Shown in pieces: positions 20,541 through 30,792 of a stretch of DNA of 64,000 bases; position 1 is the first letter of the stretch, and each line of letters begins with the position of its first letter. The stretch lies in assembly GCA_963718665.1 (NCBI GenBank), contig OY970359.1, forward strand, positions 1,088,001-1,152,000, given 5' to 3'. The notes under the pieces are model-generated. The model made no database searches. It was not told the origin of the DNA and saw only the letters and a list, made by a program, of their open reading frames with translations. The stretch is from an uncultured Phycisphaerales bacterium. Lineage in GTDB: Bacteria > Planctomycetota > Phycisphaerae > Sedimentisphaerales > Anaerobacaceae. A program made the translations under genes and the position numbers.

Positions 20541-21287
20541 ATGCGAAGCAGGGCTTTTACACTGGTAGAGTTGCTGGTTGTAATCTCCGTGGTAGCTGTC
20601 TTAATGGCATTTCTGATGCCGGCGCTGGCCAGAGCCAGGCAGCAGAGTAAAACCATAGTATGCCTGAGCAACCTCCGGCAAATGGCAATAGCTTCACAGG
20701 TGTATATAAGTAACAACGATGGCTCCTATCCCATCGCCTACACATCTCAATACGTATCTCCCCTGTCTGTCTCTTATGCCTGGGATTTTACAACGACGAC
20801 AAACTGGAACACGGGTGAGCAAAAAGTAATTCCGGGCTTATTATGGGAAGGCGAGACAATCGAGAAAATACAACAGTGCCCGTCTTTTAACGGCAGTGCT
20901 AACTGGCTTGAGGACCCTTACACAGGTTACAACTACAACACCAGCTACATAGGACACGGTCAGCTCGAAAGCATTCCTGCCCCTGCAAGGGTAGAAATGA
21001 TTAGAAGACCGAGTCGATGCGCCCTCTTCGGTGATGGCCAGTGGGCCGCTGGGGCAGATAAGTTTATGCGGGCGCCCTGGCCAAATCCAGGCGATGCGTC
21101 CTTTTCCGGCAGATACGCCGGAACACAAGGTTATCGGCATCAAGGCAAAACCAACGTTGCCTATTGTGACAACCACGCGGCGACCGTCAGCGAATGCTAT
21201 ACAAACACCGATAAAGCTGATGCAGCCAACATCGCCCCGGGCACGGGTTTTTTGTCGCCGGATAACAGCGCATACGACCCGGAGTAA
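20541..21287 (+). CDS. Prepilin-type N-methylation domain protein (DUF1559-like pseudopilin)
   Basis: RAFTLVELLVVISVVAVLMAFLMPALARAR..CLSNLRQ; C-terminal RHQGKTNVAYCDNH (H-X9-DG-like). Confidence 0.9.
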   Translation: MRSRAFTLVELLVVISVVAVLMAFLMPALARARQQSKTIVCLSNLRQMAIASQVYISNNDGSYPIAYTSQYVSPLSVSYAWDFTTTTNWNTGEQKVIPGLLWEGETIEKIQQCPSFNGSANWLEDPYTGYNYNTSYIGHGQLESIPAPARVEMIRRPSRCALFGDGQWAAGADKFMRAPWPNPGDASFSGRYAGTQGYRHQGKTNVAYCDNHAATVSECYTNTDKADAANIAPGTGFLSPDNSAYDPE

Positions 21288-21353
21288 AAAAGCCACAAAA
21301 ACACCAAGGCACAAATCTTTATATTTTCACGTCTTTATGGTAATCTGCCGCGA

Positions 21354-22070
21354 ATGCGGCTGCAATTTATCGTATGCAAGGTGATGCAAAAAGAGGCGTA
21401 TTATTGCGCTGCCCGCTCGCCAAACACAGTTGACGTGGTGGTGATGAAACAGGGGCTGCACAATGAGCCGGAAAAATTGCGCCGGGAGGTTCAAAAGGCG
21501 CTCGATACGACAACTGATACCCAGAACAGACCCTACGATGCTTCGCTTCTGGGATATGGGCTTTGCAGTAACGGGATAATCGGCTTGTCGGCCAAAATTC
21601 CGATTATTGTGCCGAGAGGACATGACTGCGTAACACTCCTTTTGGGCTCGAAAGACGTATATAAGGAGTATTTTGACAGCCACCGCGGGGTTTACTGGTT
21701 CAGTCCGGGATGGATTGAGACGGATATGCAGCCCGGCAAGGAACGCTTCGAGAGGACGCTCAAGGAATATATTGAAAAATTCGGTGAGGACAACGCCAAG
21801 TATCTTATGGAAACCGAGCAGAGCTGGATGAAGGAATACAACTGGGCGACGTATATCGACTGGGGATTTGCCAACAATGAGCGAGAAAAGCAGTTCACTA
21901 AAAAGGCGGCGGAATATCTCAACTGGAAGTATGATGAAGTCAAGGGTGATTCGGGCCTGATGCAGCGGCTTGTGGACGGCCGATGGAATGAGAAGGATTT
22001 TCTGGTTGTTAAGCCGGGACAGAAAATAACAGAGGATTTAACGAACGACGGCCTGATAAAAGCTGAGTAA
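21354..22070 (+). CDS. DUF1638 domain protein
   Basis: CKVMQKE, GLHNEPEKLR, LGYGLCSNG, HDCVTLLLGS and YWFSPGW motifs. Confidence 0.85.
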   Translation: MRLQFIVCKVMQKEAYYCAARSPNTVDVVVMKQGLHNEPEKLRREVQKALDTTTDTQNRPYDASLLGYGLCSNGIIGLSAKIPIIVPRGHDCVTLLLGSKDVYKEYFDSHRGVYWFSPGWIETDMQPGKERFERTLKEYIEKFGEDNAKYLMETEQSWMKEYNWATYIDWGFANNEREKQFTKKAAEYLNWKYDEVKGDSGLMQRLVDGRWNEKDFLVVKPGQKITEDLTNDGLIKAE

Positions 22071-22078
22071 GGTGTTGA

Positions 22079-23059
22079 ATGATAAGTGAAATTGTATCAG
22101 CGATTGATTTTGGGAGGCATAAACTTACGCCATGGGGAGTTATATCCGTTCTGATTTTTGTCGGCGTCACATTCGCAGTTTACGCGGCTGAGGCATACCT
22201 GATAATTGGCATTGTAAAAAGCAAGCGAAGGGGACAAGTAATTCCGAAGCGATTCCGATCCGCGGGCGCGATAATTATTCATTTGCTGGCGATAGTGGGA
22301 ACGGCCTGTTTATTATACGGCCATCTTATCGAGCCATACTGGGTAGAGGTTAAAAAAGTCGAAATCCCTACGAGCAAATTGCATCAAACCACGGTGCGGA
22401 TAGTGCAAATATCGGATACGCATTGCACCATAAGACCGCTCAATGAGAAAAAAATGGTGGAAATAATTAATCGTCTAAAGCCGGACATTATCGTATTTAC
22501 AGGCGATTCAGCAAACAACTCAAGGGGATTAAAGCGGTTTAAAGAAACAATGGGGAAGCTGGAGGCCCGGCTCGGAAAATTTGCTGTGCGCGGAAATATC
22601 GATGATTACTTCTGGCTAAGGACGGACATCTTCAGCGGGACAGGTTTCGTTGACCTTGACGAAAACAGCATCGAAATTGATAAAAATGGGGAGAAGGTTT
22701 GGATTACAGGAGTTTCCTGCGAAAAGGAAGGCAAGGCAGGTGATGTGCTGAAGAAAGTGCCTGACGATTGCTTCAGTGTTTTTCTTTATCACTACCCTGA
22801 TTTGGTGGAAGATTTGAACGGTATGCACGTTGATTTATATCTTGCGGGACATACTCACGGCGGGCAGATTGCCCTGCCGTTTTACGGCGCGATTATTACG
22901 CTCTCTAAATTCGGTAAAAAATACGAATCCGGCGAGTACAAGGTCGGCAACACTATTCTTTATGTAAATCGCGGTCTTGGACTGGCCGCCGGCTTTAACC
23001 CGAAGATGAGATTTTTTGCGAGACCTGAAATAACAGTTTTTGATTTGAAGCCGAAATAG
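22079..23059 (+). CDS. Membrane-anchored metallophosphoesterase (YkuE-like)
   Basis: SDTH, FTGD, RGNID, AGHTHGGQ and VNRGLG motifs. Confidence 0.88.
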   Translation: MISEIVSAIDFGRHKLTPWGVISVLIFVGVTFAVYAAEAYLIIGIVKSKRRGQVIPKRFRSAGAIIIHLLAIVGTACLLYGHLIEPYWVEVKKVEIPTSKLHQTTVRIVQISDTHCTIRPLNEKKMVEIINRLKPDIIVFTGDSANNSRGLKRFKETMGKLEARLGKFAVRGNIDDYFWLRTDIFSGTGFVDLDENSIEIDKNGEKVWITGVSCEKEGKAGDVLKKVPDDCFSVFLYHYPDLVEDLNGMHVDLYLAGHTHGGQIALPFYGAIITLSKFGKKYESGEYKVGNTILYVNRGLGLAAGFNPKMRFFARPEITVFDLKPK

Positions 23060-23061
23060 GT

Positions 23062-25014
23062 ATGCCAGACAGTGATATACAGGTAAAACAAACGGAAATA
23101 TCCAGGACGGTGTTAATATGCGTTGTCCTGGCGGCGGCGACGTTTGCAGCTTTTGAAGGGGTAAGGTCGAACTATTTTGTTTTTTATGACGACGACAAAT
23201 ATATTACCGGCAACGATGCGGTGTTAAGGGGGTTTAGTATTGAGTCGCTCAGATGGGCGTTTACGACCGGGTATCAGGGGAACTGGCATCCGCTGACGTG
23301 GGTAAGTCATCTTATTGATGTTTCCGTTTTTGGTCTTAACCCGGCAGGACACCATTTGGTCAGTGTCGGTTTTCACATCGCAAACGTAATCCTGCTTTTT
23401 TTGATATTGAAAAAAATGACGTCCGCGGTCTGGCTAAGTGCATTTGTCGCGGCAGTGTTCGGTTTGCATCCTATTGGCGTGGAATCCGTCGCCTGGGCCG
23501 CCGAGCGTAAAAATGTTTTGAGCAGCTTTTTTGCGTTTTTGACGATATGGGCATATTTGCGGTACGCGCGAAAGCCGGGGTTGTGGCGATACTCGGCGAT
23601 GACAATTCTTTTCACGGCGGGATTGCTTTCCAAGTCAATGCTGGTAACGCTGCCTTTTGTTTTGATTTTGCTGGACTATTGGCCGATTGCCAGGTTCGGG
23701 GAGCTGAAGGGGCGGCGGTGGCTTTGGCGGGCGATTATCGATAAAACCCCGCTTATAGCGATTTCGGCGGCGTTTTGCGCTGTAACGTATCTGGTGCAGG
23801 CCAAAGCGGGAGCAGTGCCGGATATGGTTTCGTTGCCAATAAGCTTACGGGCCAGCAACGCGCTGGTGTCGTATATCAGATATATCGGCAAGATTTTTTA
23901 CCCGACCCCGCTGGCGGCTTTGTATCCGCTTGATGCTAACGGATATCCGTCGTGGAAGGTGATTTTGTGCCTTGTGCTGCTGCTGGCATTGACGACGGCA
24001 GTAATTATTGAGAGATACAGGCACAGATTCTTGCTGACGGGGTGGTTTTGGTATTTGGGGACATTGGTGCCCGTTATCGGTCTGGTCCAGGTGGGCGTGC
24101 AGGCGATGGCGGACCGATATATGTACCTGCCCGGCATAGGTATTTATATCGTAGTCGCCTGGCTTGCCAGCGAAATATCGGCGAAATCGCGTCTGCCAAA
24201 AATTGTTCCGGCTGTAACGGGCACGGCAGTCCTGCTCGCGTTGCTGCTGATGACCAGAGCGCAGGTCAGATACTGGAAGAACAGCGAATCGCTGTTTAAG
24301 CACACCCTGGATGTAACGACAAATAATTACGTGATGCACAATAATTACGGCGAGGTTTTCAAAGAATCAGGGCGTTTGGATGAAGCTATAGAAAATTTCA
24401 GGCAGGCGCTGGCGGTGTATCCGATGGGGATAGAAGCGCATGAAAAGCTTGCACAAGCGTTGCAGGACAAGGGGCAGGACGCCGAAGCGGCCGCTGAGTT
24501 CGAGCTGGCGCTGCGGGCAAAGCCGGACGGAACCGAGACACGAAATCGCTATGGGGTCTCGCTTGTAAAAATTAAGCAGTATAACAAAGCGTTTGAACAA
24601 TTCGACAAGGTGCTGACGGAGAATCCGCACGAGTTGAGCGCATTGAATAATCTTTATAAAGCCGGCGTCGAGAGCGGACAGATTGATAAGGCGCTGGGTA
24701 TGATTCTGAATTTACAGGCGAAAGACCCGAATAATTTCGAGTTCTACCAGAAAGGCGGGTTGCTTTACGGCATAAAGGGCGACATAAATACCGCGACAGA
24801 GCAGCTCGAAAAGGCGTGCAGATTGTCCAATTATCAGGTTTCGGAGCCGATGGCGTTTCTTTCGCAGGCGTACGCCGCCAAAAAGGATATGAAAAGCGCC
24901 ATCGATATGGCACAAAAGGCGCTTTCGGCGGCCCAGAAAGAAGGCAGAGACGATGTTGTTACACAGCTAAGGGCCAGTTTGGAATCGTATCAGCGGGCAA
25001 TGAAAGGAAATTGA
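23062..25014 (+). CDS. TMTC-like multi-TM glycosyltransferase with TPR repeats
   Basis: YDDDKYI, NWHPLTW, HPIGVESVAWAAERK and ADRYMYLP motifs; C-terminal TPR repeats. Confidence 0.85.
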   Translation: MPDSDIQVKQTEISRTVLICVVLAAATFAAFEGVRSNYFVFYDDDKYITGNDAVLRGFSIESLRWAFTTGYQGNWHPLTWVSHLIDVSVFGLNPAGHHLVSVGFHIANVILLFLILKKMTSAVWLSAFVAAVFGLHPIGVESVAWAAERKNVLSSFFAFLTIWAYLRYARKPGLWRYSAMTILFTAGLLSKSMLVTLPFVLILLDYWPIARFGELKGRRWLWRAIIDKTPLIAISAAFCAVTYLVQAKAGAVPDMVSLPISLRASNALVSYIRYIGKIFYPTPLAALYPLDANGYPSWKVILCLVLLLALTTAVIIERYRHRFLLTGWFWYLGTLVPVIGLVQVGVQAMADRYMYLPGIGIYIVVAWLASEISAKSRLPKIVPAVTGTAVLLALLLMTRAQVRYWKNSESLFKHTLDVTTNNYVMHNNYGEVFKESGRLDEAIENFRQALAVYPMGIEAHEKLAQALQDKGQDAEAAAEFELALRAKPDGTETRNRYGVSLVKIKQYNKAFEQFDKVLTENPHELSALNNLYKAGVESGQIDKALGMILNLQAKDPNNFEFYQKGGLLYGIKGDINTATEQLEKACRLSNYQVSEPMAFLSQAYAAKKDMKSAIDMAQKALSAAQKEGRDDVVTQLRASLESYQRAMKGN

Positions 25015-25018
25015 GGAA

Positions 25019-25576
25019 GTGGAATTGCTTTCGGTTATTACGATAGCAGTTGGTCTGGCGATGGATACCTTCGCGGTGTCAATCGTTACCGGTGCCGCGT
25101 ATAAACAGTTGCACATCCGTCATACGCTGCGAATGGCGGGATTCTTCGGCGGGTTTCAGGCGCTTATGCCCGTTGTCGGTTATCTGGCGGGGCTGACGGT
25201 GAGACAATACGTGTCGAATTATGACCACTGGATTGCCTTCGGAATACTTGCCGCAGTTGGGCTCAAGATGATTTACGAGTCGTTCAAAATCAAAGAGGAA
25301 AGACAAACCCCGAATCCGGCGAATCTTCTGGTGGTGCTTGCCCTTGCGGTGGCGACGAGCATCGACGCCCTGGCGGTCGGCATTACGATTTCACTTATTA
25401 CACATGCGATTGCGCTGACGGTTATCATTATCGGTGCGGTAACTTTCGGCTTGTCGTTTGCCGGCGTCTATATCGGCAAAAAATTCGGGCATTTCTTCGA
25501 GGGCGGTATCGAAATAATCGGCGGCCTTGTCCTCATCGCCCTCGGCCTTAAAATCGTCCTCCAGCACGTCGCTTAA
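25019..25576 (+). CDS. mntP: Manganese efflux pump MntP
   Basis: GLAMDTFAVS, FQALMP, DHWIAF and ATSIDALAVG motifs. Confidence 0.9.
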   Translation: MELLSVITIAVGLAMDTFAVSIVTGAAYKQLHIRHTLRMAGFFGGFQALMPVVGYLAGLTVRQYVSNYDHWIAFGILAAVGLKMIYESFKIKEERQTPNPANLLVVLALAVATSIDALAVGITISLITHAIALTVIIIGAVTFGLSFAGVYIGKKFGHFFEGGIEIIGGLVLIALGLKIVLQHVA

Positions 25577-26343
25577 ATTAAACCAGCGGCGGGGGAATCA
25601 ATCAGCCAGAGGACTTTATCCAGAACAGGCCAGAGGACGTGAATCGGATAGCGAATCTCATCGGGCGGGCCGGCGAGAACTTGTTTTAAGGTTTCGGCTT
25701 TTTCGGAACCGCTGACAAGAACGACTACCTGTGAAGCAGCGCAGATAACGGGATGAGTAAGCGTGATTCTGTTAACGGTCTTGTCGGGCAATTTCTGGTC
25801 CAAAAGATAAACCACGCAGGCGAGGTCTTTTGTATCAAAGCAGGCGTTGGAGTTCGGGAAAAGTGAGCCAGTATGGCCATCAGACCCCATACCGAGAATG
25901 ATAAGGTCGAATTTCGGCAGTTGACCCGATTTTATGTGAAAGACGCTGCGAAGTGTTTTCTCGTATTGCCTGGCAGCGGAATCGAAGTCCTCGAAGTCGG
26001 TCGAAATCGGGTGGATGTTTTCTTTGGGTATTGGGACTTTCGTCAGAAATGTATCCGCGGCGAGTTTGTAGTTGCTGTGTGGTGAATCGTGGGGGACATA
26101 TCTTTCATCGACCCAGAATAAATTAATTTTATCCCACGGCAGCGACAACGCCTTTTTTTCTGAGCCGATAATTTCAAAGAATCGCTGCGGGCTTCTGCCT
26201 CCGGATATCGCCAGATAAAAAGCGTCTTTTTGTTTGATGGTTTCTTCGACTGAGGCGACAAACAAGTCGAGGCATTTGTATGCGAGCGCATCGACGTCTG
26301 TGACGATTTGCGTGTTCGGCTTTTTTTGTTTTGTCAGGGACAT
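25573..26343 (-). CDS. pgl: 6-phosphogluconolactonase
   Basis: SGGRSP, WVDERYVP, LGMGSDGHTGSLFP and RITLT motifs. Confidence 0.92.
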   Translation of the reverse strand: MSLTKQKKPNTQIVTDVDALAYKCLDLFVASVEETIKQKDAFYLAISGGRSPQRFFEIIGSEKKALSLPWDKINLFWVDERYVPHDSPHSNYKLAADTFLTKVPIPKENIHPISTDFEDFDSAARQYEKTLRSVFHIKSGQLPKFDLIILGMGSDGHTGSLFPNSNACFDTKDLACVVYLLDQKLPDKTVNRITLTHPVICAASQVVVLVSGSEKAETLKQVLAGPPDEIRYPIHVLWPVLDKVLWLIDSPAAGLI

Positions 26344-26484
26344 CGCCGGAGAGTCCTTTCATAAAACGATAATCAAATTAACAATATATTATACCGTCCG
26401 GCAGGATGATTTGTGCAGGTTTTTAGGGTTTTCATAACTCTTTGGCAAACAAAGAGTTATGAATAGTAAAATTGGAGGAAATCA

Positions 26485-28065
26485 TTAGTGCACGGACACA
26501 GTTTCCGCGTGAGGAGTTGTCTTTTTCATCAAAAACACCAGAGGAATCAGCAGCAGGAACATCCCCCCGAGAACCCAGAAAACGTCTAAATAGGCAAGCA
26601 TTGCGGCCTGCTGCTGGACAAAGCCGTAAATAAGCGTTTTTGCTTTTATTGCCGCAGTGGCAATATCAGTTCCCTGCTGAACGAGCATTGCCTGGATGTT
26701 TGCGAAATAATGCTGATAAGCCGGCGTGGTTTCGGTAACGTGCTCGACTAATCTGCTCTGGTGGAATTGCATTCGCCGGGCAAGCAGTGTTGTGGTAAGA
26801 GATATGCCGAAGCTGCCGCCCAGATTTCTTGCCAAGTTAATCAGTCCTGATGCGTTGTCAGTATCTGCTTTTGCAACATAGTAATAGGCGACGGTATTAA
26901 TTGGTATAAATAAAAACCCAAGTCCAGCGGACATAACGCTTCTTGCCCAGACGGCATTCGAAAAGCTGATTTGAAGATTGAATCCTGCGGACATAAAAAG
27001 ACCGATGGCGCCGAATACCGAACCTATGATAAGAAGCCATTTCGCCTGGATTTTTGTCACCAGTAATCCCACTATCGGCATCGAAATCATTGTGATTATG
27101 CCCCCGGGTGATATCACCAGGCCGCTGTCCAGCGCCGAATATCCCAGCAGATTCTGCAAAAACATCGGCAGTAACGCTGTGCTGCCATATAATATAAACC
27201 CGAGTGTGTACATCATGAAAACGCTGACGGCAAAATTGCTGTCTTTTAGTATGCGAAGTTTTATAACAGGGTCTCTCTGTCGAAGTTCCCAAAAAACGGC
27301 CGATATCAGGCATACCGCGGAGATTACAGAAAGCGTTACGATAAAGTGGGAATCGAACCAGTCCTCGCGTTCACCTTTGTCTAAGAGAATCTGGAGAGCG
27401 CCAAGTCCCACCGCGATAAAGCCTAAGCCGACATAATCTATTTTGAAGTCCTTACCGATTTTTTTACGAACAAGATAAGGCGGGTTATGAACCAGCAGCA
27501 TCCCAAGAAACACGGCCAGTATTCCGACCGGGACATTGATAAAGAACACCCATCGCCAGTTATAATTGTCTGTAATCCATCCGCCCAGTGTCGGCCCGAT
27601 GATTGGGGCGGTTATCACGCAGAACCCGAACATCGCCATTGCCATACCGCGTTTTTCCCTGGGGAAGCTTTCTATCAAAATAGATTGCGCTATTGGCTGA
27701 AGCGCCCCCCCGCCAGCCCCCTGCAAAATTCGGTAAAATACCAGAAGCTCAATATTCGGGGCCAGCCCGCACAAAAATGATGCCGTGGTAAACAGTATCA
27801 CGCAGGCCAGATAAAATTGCTTTCTGCCGAACAGCGACGAAAACCATCCGCCAAGCGGCAAAACAATCGCGTTCGAGACAAGATACGCGGTTAAAACCCA
27901 TGTGCTCTCATCGCTTGAAGTAGAAAGACTGCCCGCGATGTGAGGCAACGCCACGTTGGTTATGGTGGTGTCGAGCACCTCCATAAACGGCGCAATTATC
28001 ACCGCTCCCGCAAGTACCCACGGATGATGCGGCAGCTGCTCTTGATGATTGATATCATTAGACAT
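26485..28065 (-). CDS. DHA2 family MFS efflux permease (EmrB-like), copy 1
   Basis: FMEVLDTTITNVALPHIAG, WVLTAYL, GPTLGGWITDNYNWRWVFFIN and RNLGGSFG motifs. Confidence 0.92.
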   Translation of the reverse strand: MSNDINHQEQLPHHPWVLAGAVIIAPFMEVLDTTITNVALPHIAGSLSTSSDESTWVLTAYLVSNAIVLPLGGWFSSLFGRKQFYLACVILFTTASFLCGLAPNIELLVFYRILQGAGGGALQPIAQSILIESFPREKRGMAMAMFGFCVITAPIIGPTLGGWITDNYNWRWVFFINVPVGILAVFLGMLLVHNPPYLVRKKIGKDFKIDYVGLGFIAVGLGALQILLDKGEREDWFDSHFIVTLSVISAVCLISAVFWELRQRDPVIKLRILKDSNFAVSVFMMYTLGFILYGSTALLPMFLQNLLGYSALDSGLVISPGGIITMISMPIVGLLVTKIQAKWLLIIGSVFGAIGLFMSAGFNLQISFSNAVWARSVMSAGLGFLFIPINTVAYYYVAKADTDNASGLINLARNLGGSFGISLTTTLLARRMQFHQSRLVEHVTETTPAYQHYFANIQAMLVQQGTDIATAAIKAKTLIYGFVQQQAAMLAYLDVFWVLGGMFLLLIPLVFLMKKTTPHAETVSVH

Positions 28066-28244
28066 AATTTTTAATTCACATTTTAGATGGCAGTGATTGT
28101 ATCCCAAATAAATTTTCCGGCGTCATATACGGTAATGCGTTTTGTTTCCAATTCTAAAAACGAGCCGGAAATAAAGCCGGTTCCGAAACAACTATGCAAT
28201 CCACAAAATTTGTTGCCGTTTTTCTCATCAGGTTTGTCGCTCCT

Positions 28245-29833
28245 TCAATCCATTGGCACGACGGCCGGTTTTTTGCCATATTGGACGTGTTTGAACAAGA
28301 AAAGCAACGGAATACATCCGAGCGCAAGCCAACCGAGAAGTCTGAAATTGTCCACAAATGCCCACAAATGCGCCTGCCGGTCGAGTGTCTGGTAAATGAG
28401 GCCGTAGGCCTGATTAGCGGCAGTTACCAGATTGGTTCGTCTCGCCAGCGCGTGCTGGAGGACGGATAGGTGCTGCGTGAACACCGGATTGGCCGGCGTC
28501 AAATACCTAACCATCAGCGCCTGGTGCGCCTGCGCCGCGCGCTGATCATGGTGGTAACAAAAGCGATGCCGATGCTGCCGCCTAGGTTGCGCATTAAATT
28601 ATAAAGGCCGGTGGCATTACCCATCTGGGTCTGGGACAAACGTCCCATCGTGGCTACCGTCAGCGGCACAAAAATGAAACTGACGGCAATGCCGTTTATA
28701 ACGCTCGGCCAAATGACGGCGGCCTCGCTCACCTGCAGGTTGATATCGCTGAGCATGAAGGAAGCTATGGCCAACACGGGAAACCCCACGCACATCAGCC
28801 AGCGGTTTTGGATGCGTCCGACCAGTTGTCCGACTAATATCGTAGCGATGAACGCCCCGATGCCGCGCGGGCTTAAGGCGTAACCGCTTTGCAGCGCCGG
28901 ATAACCCATAAGTGTCTGCAGAAACAGCGGCAATTCCACCGTTGTGCCGTAAAGAATTGCAACGACCACTGTGGCCAGCACCAGCCCCACAGTAAAATTG
29001 CGATTTTTCAAAATTCGCAAATTCACCAAAGGATGTTCCACCGTGAATTCCCGTGCGATAAACCCAATCATGGCCGCGACCGAAATGCCCGTAAACCACC
29101 GGACCCAATTCGCGTCGAACCAGTCGGCCTCCTGCCCCTTGTCCAGGACGATTTGCAATGTCGCCAGCCAAAGCACCAGCAACCCGAACCCGATGAAATC
29201 AATGGCCGCCTTTTCATTGCGTTTGATGTAAGGCGGGTCTCTGACAAACCAATTCACCAGGCACATGGCCATGATGCCCATCGGCAGGTTGATGTAAAAA
29301 ACCCATCGCCAGGAATAATTGTCCGTTATCCAGCCGCCCAGTGTCGGACCGATAATGGGCGCTACCACCACACACTGTGTAAAGATGGCCATGGCAATGC
29401 CCCGTTTCTTCATCGGGAAACTTTCCAGCAGCACCGCCTGGGCAATGGGTACCATAACGCCGCCGCCCGCGCCTTGAAACACCCGCGCCAGAATTAGCAT
29501 AGGCAGATTCACCGCCGCGCCGCATACCGCCGACGCCAGCGTGAAAAGAGCCACGCACCAAAGCAACAACCGTTTGCGACCGAAATGATTTCCCAGCCAG
29601 CCGGTCATCGGCAGGATGATGGCATTAGATACCAGATAGCTTGTTAGCACCCAGGTTGCCTCGTCCGTTGTAACCGACAGGTTACCGGCAATGTGCGGCA
29701 ATGCGATATTGACGATGGACGTGTCGAGCACCTGCATAAATGGCGCAAGCATCACCGCACCCGCTAACACCCACGGATTATGCGGCAGCCACTCCTCGTG
29801 TGGATGCGGTATTTTTTCCGTGCTGCCTGTCAT
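28245..29833 (-). CDS. DHA2 family MFS efflux permease (EmrB-like), copy 2, frameshifted near 28535
   Basis: ORFs 28514-29833 and 28245-28514 join into one full-length EmrB. Confidence 0.85.
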
Positions 29834-30792
29834 TTTATCTTAACCACGGGAACAACCGACATTCCGGGTGAAAGCTTTTTCAGGTCATTGGCATTTTCAT
29901 CGAAAACAATTTTTACGGGCACCCTCTGAACAACCTTGATATAATTGCCGGTGGCGTTTTCCGGCGGCAGCAAACTGAATACTGCACCTGTTCCTGCCTG
30001 GATACTGTCAACGTGTCCTTTGAAAGTTTTTCCGGAATAAGCATCGACCTTAATAGTTACCTGCTGGCCCGGCTTCATATGCTTCAATTGTGTTTCCTTG
30101 AAGTTGGCGACCACCCAGATTTCCGGCGGGACAATCGCCAGCAACGGCTGCCCCGTGGTTATATGTTCGCCCTGCTCGACGGATTTTTGGGTAACCAAGC
30201 CCGCCTGAGGAGCAATTATCTTCGTGTATGAAAGATTCAATTCGGCCTGCTCGACCGCGGCTTTCGCTTCGGCGACTCTTGCCTGGGCGGCGACAATCTG
30301 GCTGTTGGCAGATTCGAGTTGTGCCTGTGCAGAACGCGCAGCTGCCGAGGCGTTGTCCAATTGCTGCTGAGTGATTCCGGCTTTGGCGTCAAATAACTGC
30401 TGGTATCTATTGTAATCCTTTTCAGTTCTGCTCGCCTCCACCGATGCCATACTCGCCTGGGCCTGGCTTTGTTTTACTGCCGCTTGTGCCGTCGAGAGAT
30501 TTGCGCTGGCCATATCAAGGTTGACCTGGAAATCATGCGGGTCAAGCTCGACAAGGACGTCCCCCTGCCCAACGGACTGGTTGTCGTTCACAAGTACTTT
30601 ATCAACGTAGCCGGAGACACGCGCGCTTATCGAAACGATGTGCCCGGTTATGAACGCGTCATCGGTTGATTCACGCGACATCGCCCGGACGATATAAATT
30701 CCCGCACATATCAATACAGCTATGCCCGCTATTATCCCGATTGAAGTTATTCGTTCCCAGCCGCCTCTGATTGCTCTTTTGATAATACTCAT
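29830..30792 (-). CDS. HlyD/EmrA membrane fusion protein
   Basis: STDDAF, WVVANFKETQL and FSLLPPENATGNYIKVVQRVPV motifs. Confidence 0.93.
   Translation of the reverse strand: MSIIKRAIRGGWERITSIGIIAGIAVLICAGIYIVRAMSRESTDDAFITGHIVSISARVSGYVDKVLVNDNQSVGQGDVLVELDPHDFQVNLDMASANLSTAQAAVKQSQAQASMASVEASRTEKDYNRYQQLFDAKAGITQQQLDNASAAARSAQAQLESANSQIVAAQARVAEAKAAVEQAELNLSYTKIIAPQAGLVTQKSVEQGEHITTGQPLLAIVPPEIWVVANFKETQLKHMKPGQQVTIKVDAYSGKTFKGHVDSIQAGTGAVFSLLPPENATGNYIKVVQRVPVKIVFDENANDLKKLSPGMSVVPVVKIK

Noticed and set aside
22079..25576. Metallophosphoesterase, TMTC-like and mntP genes as part of the B12 system
   Set aside because: They are tightly spaced and may be co-transcribed, but they have no evident functional link to cobalamin.
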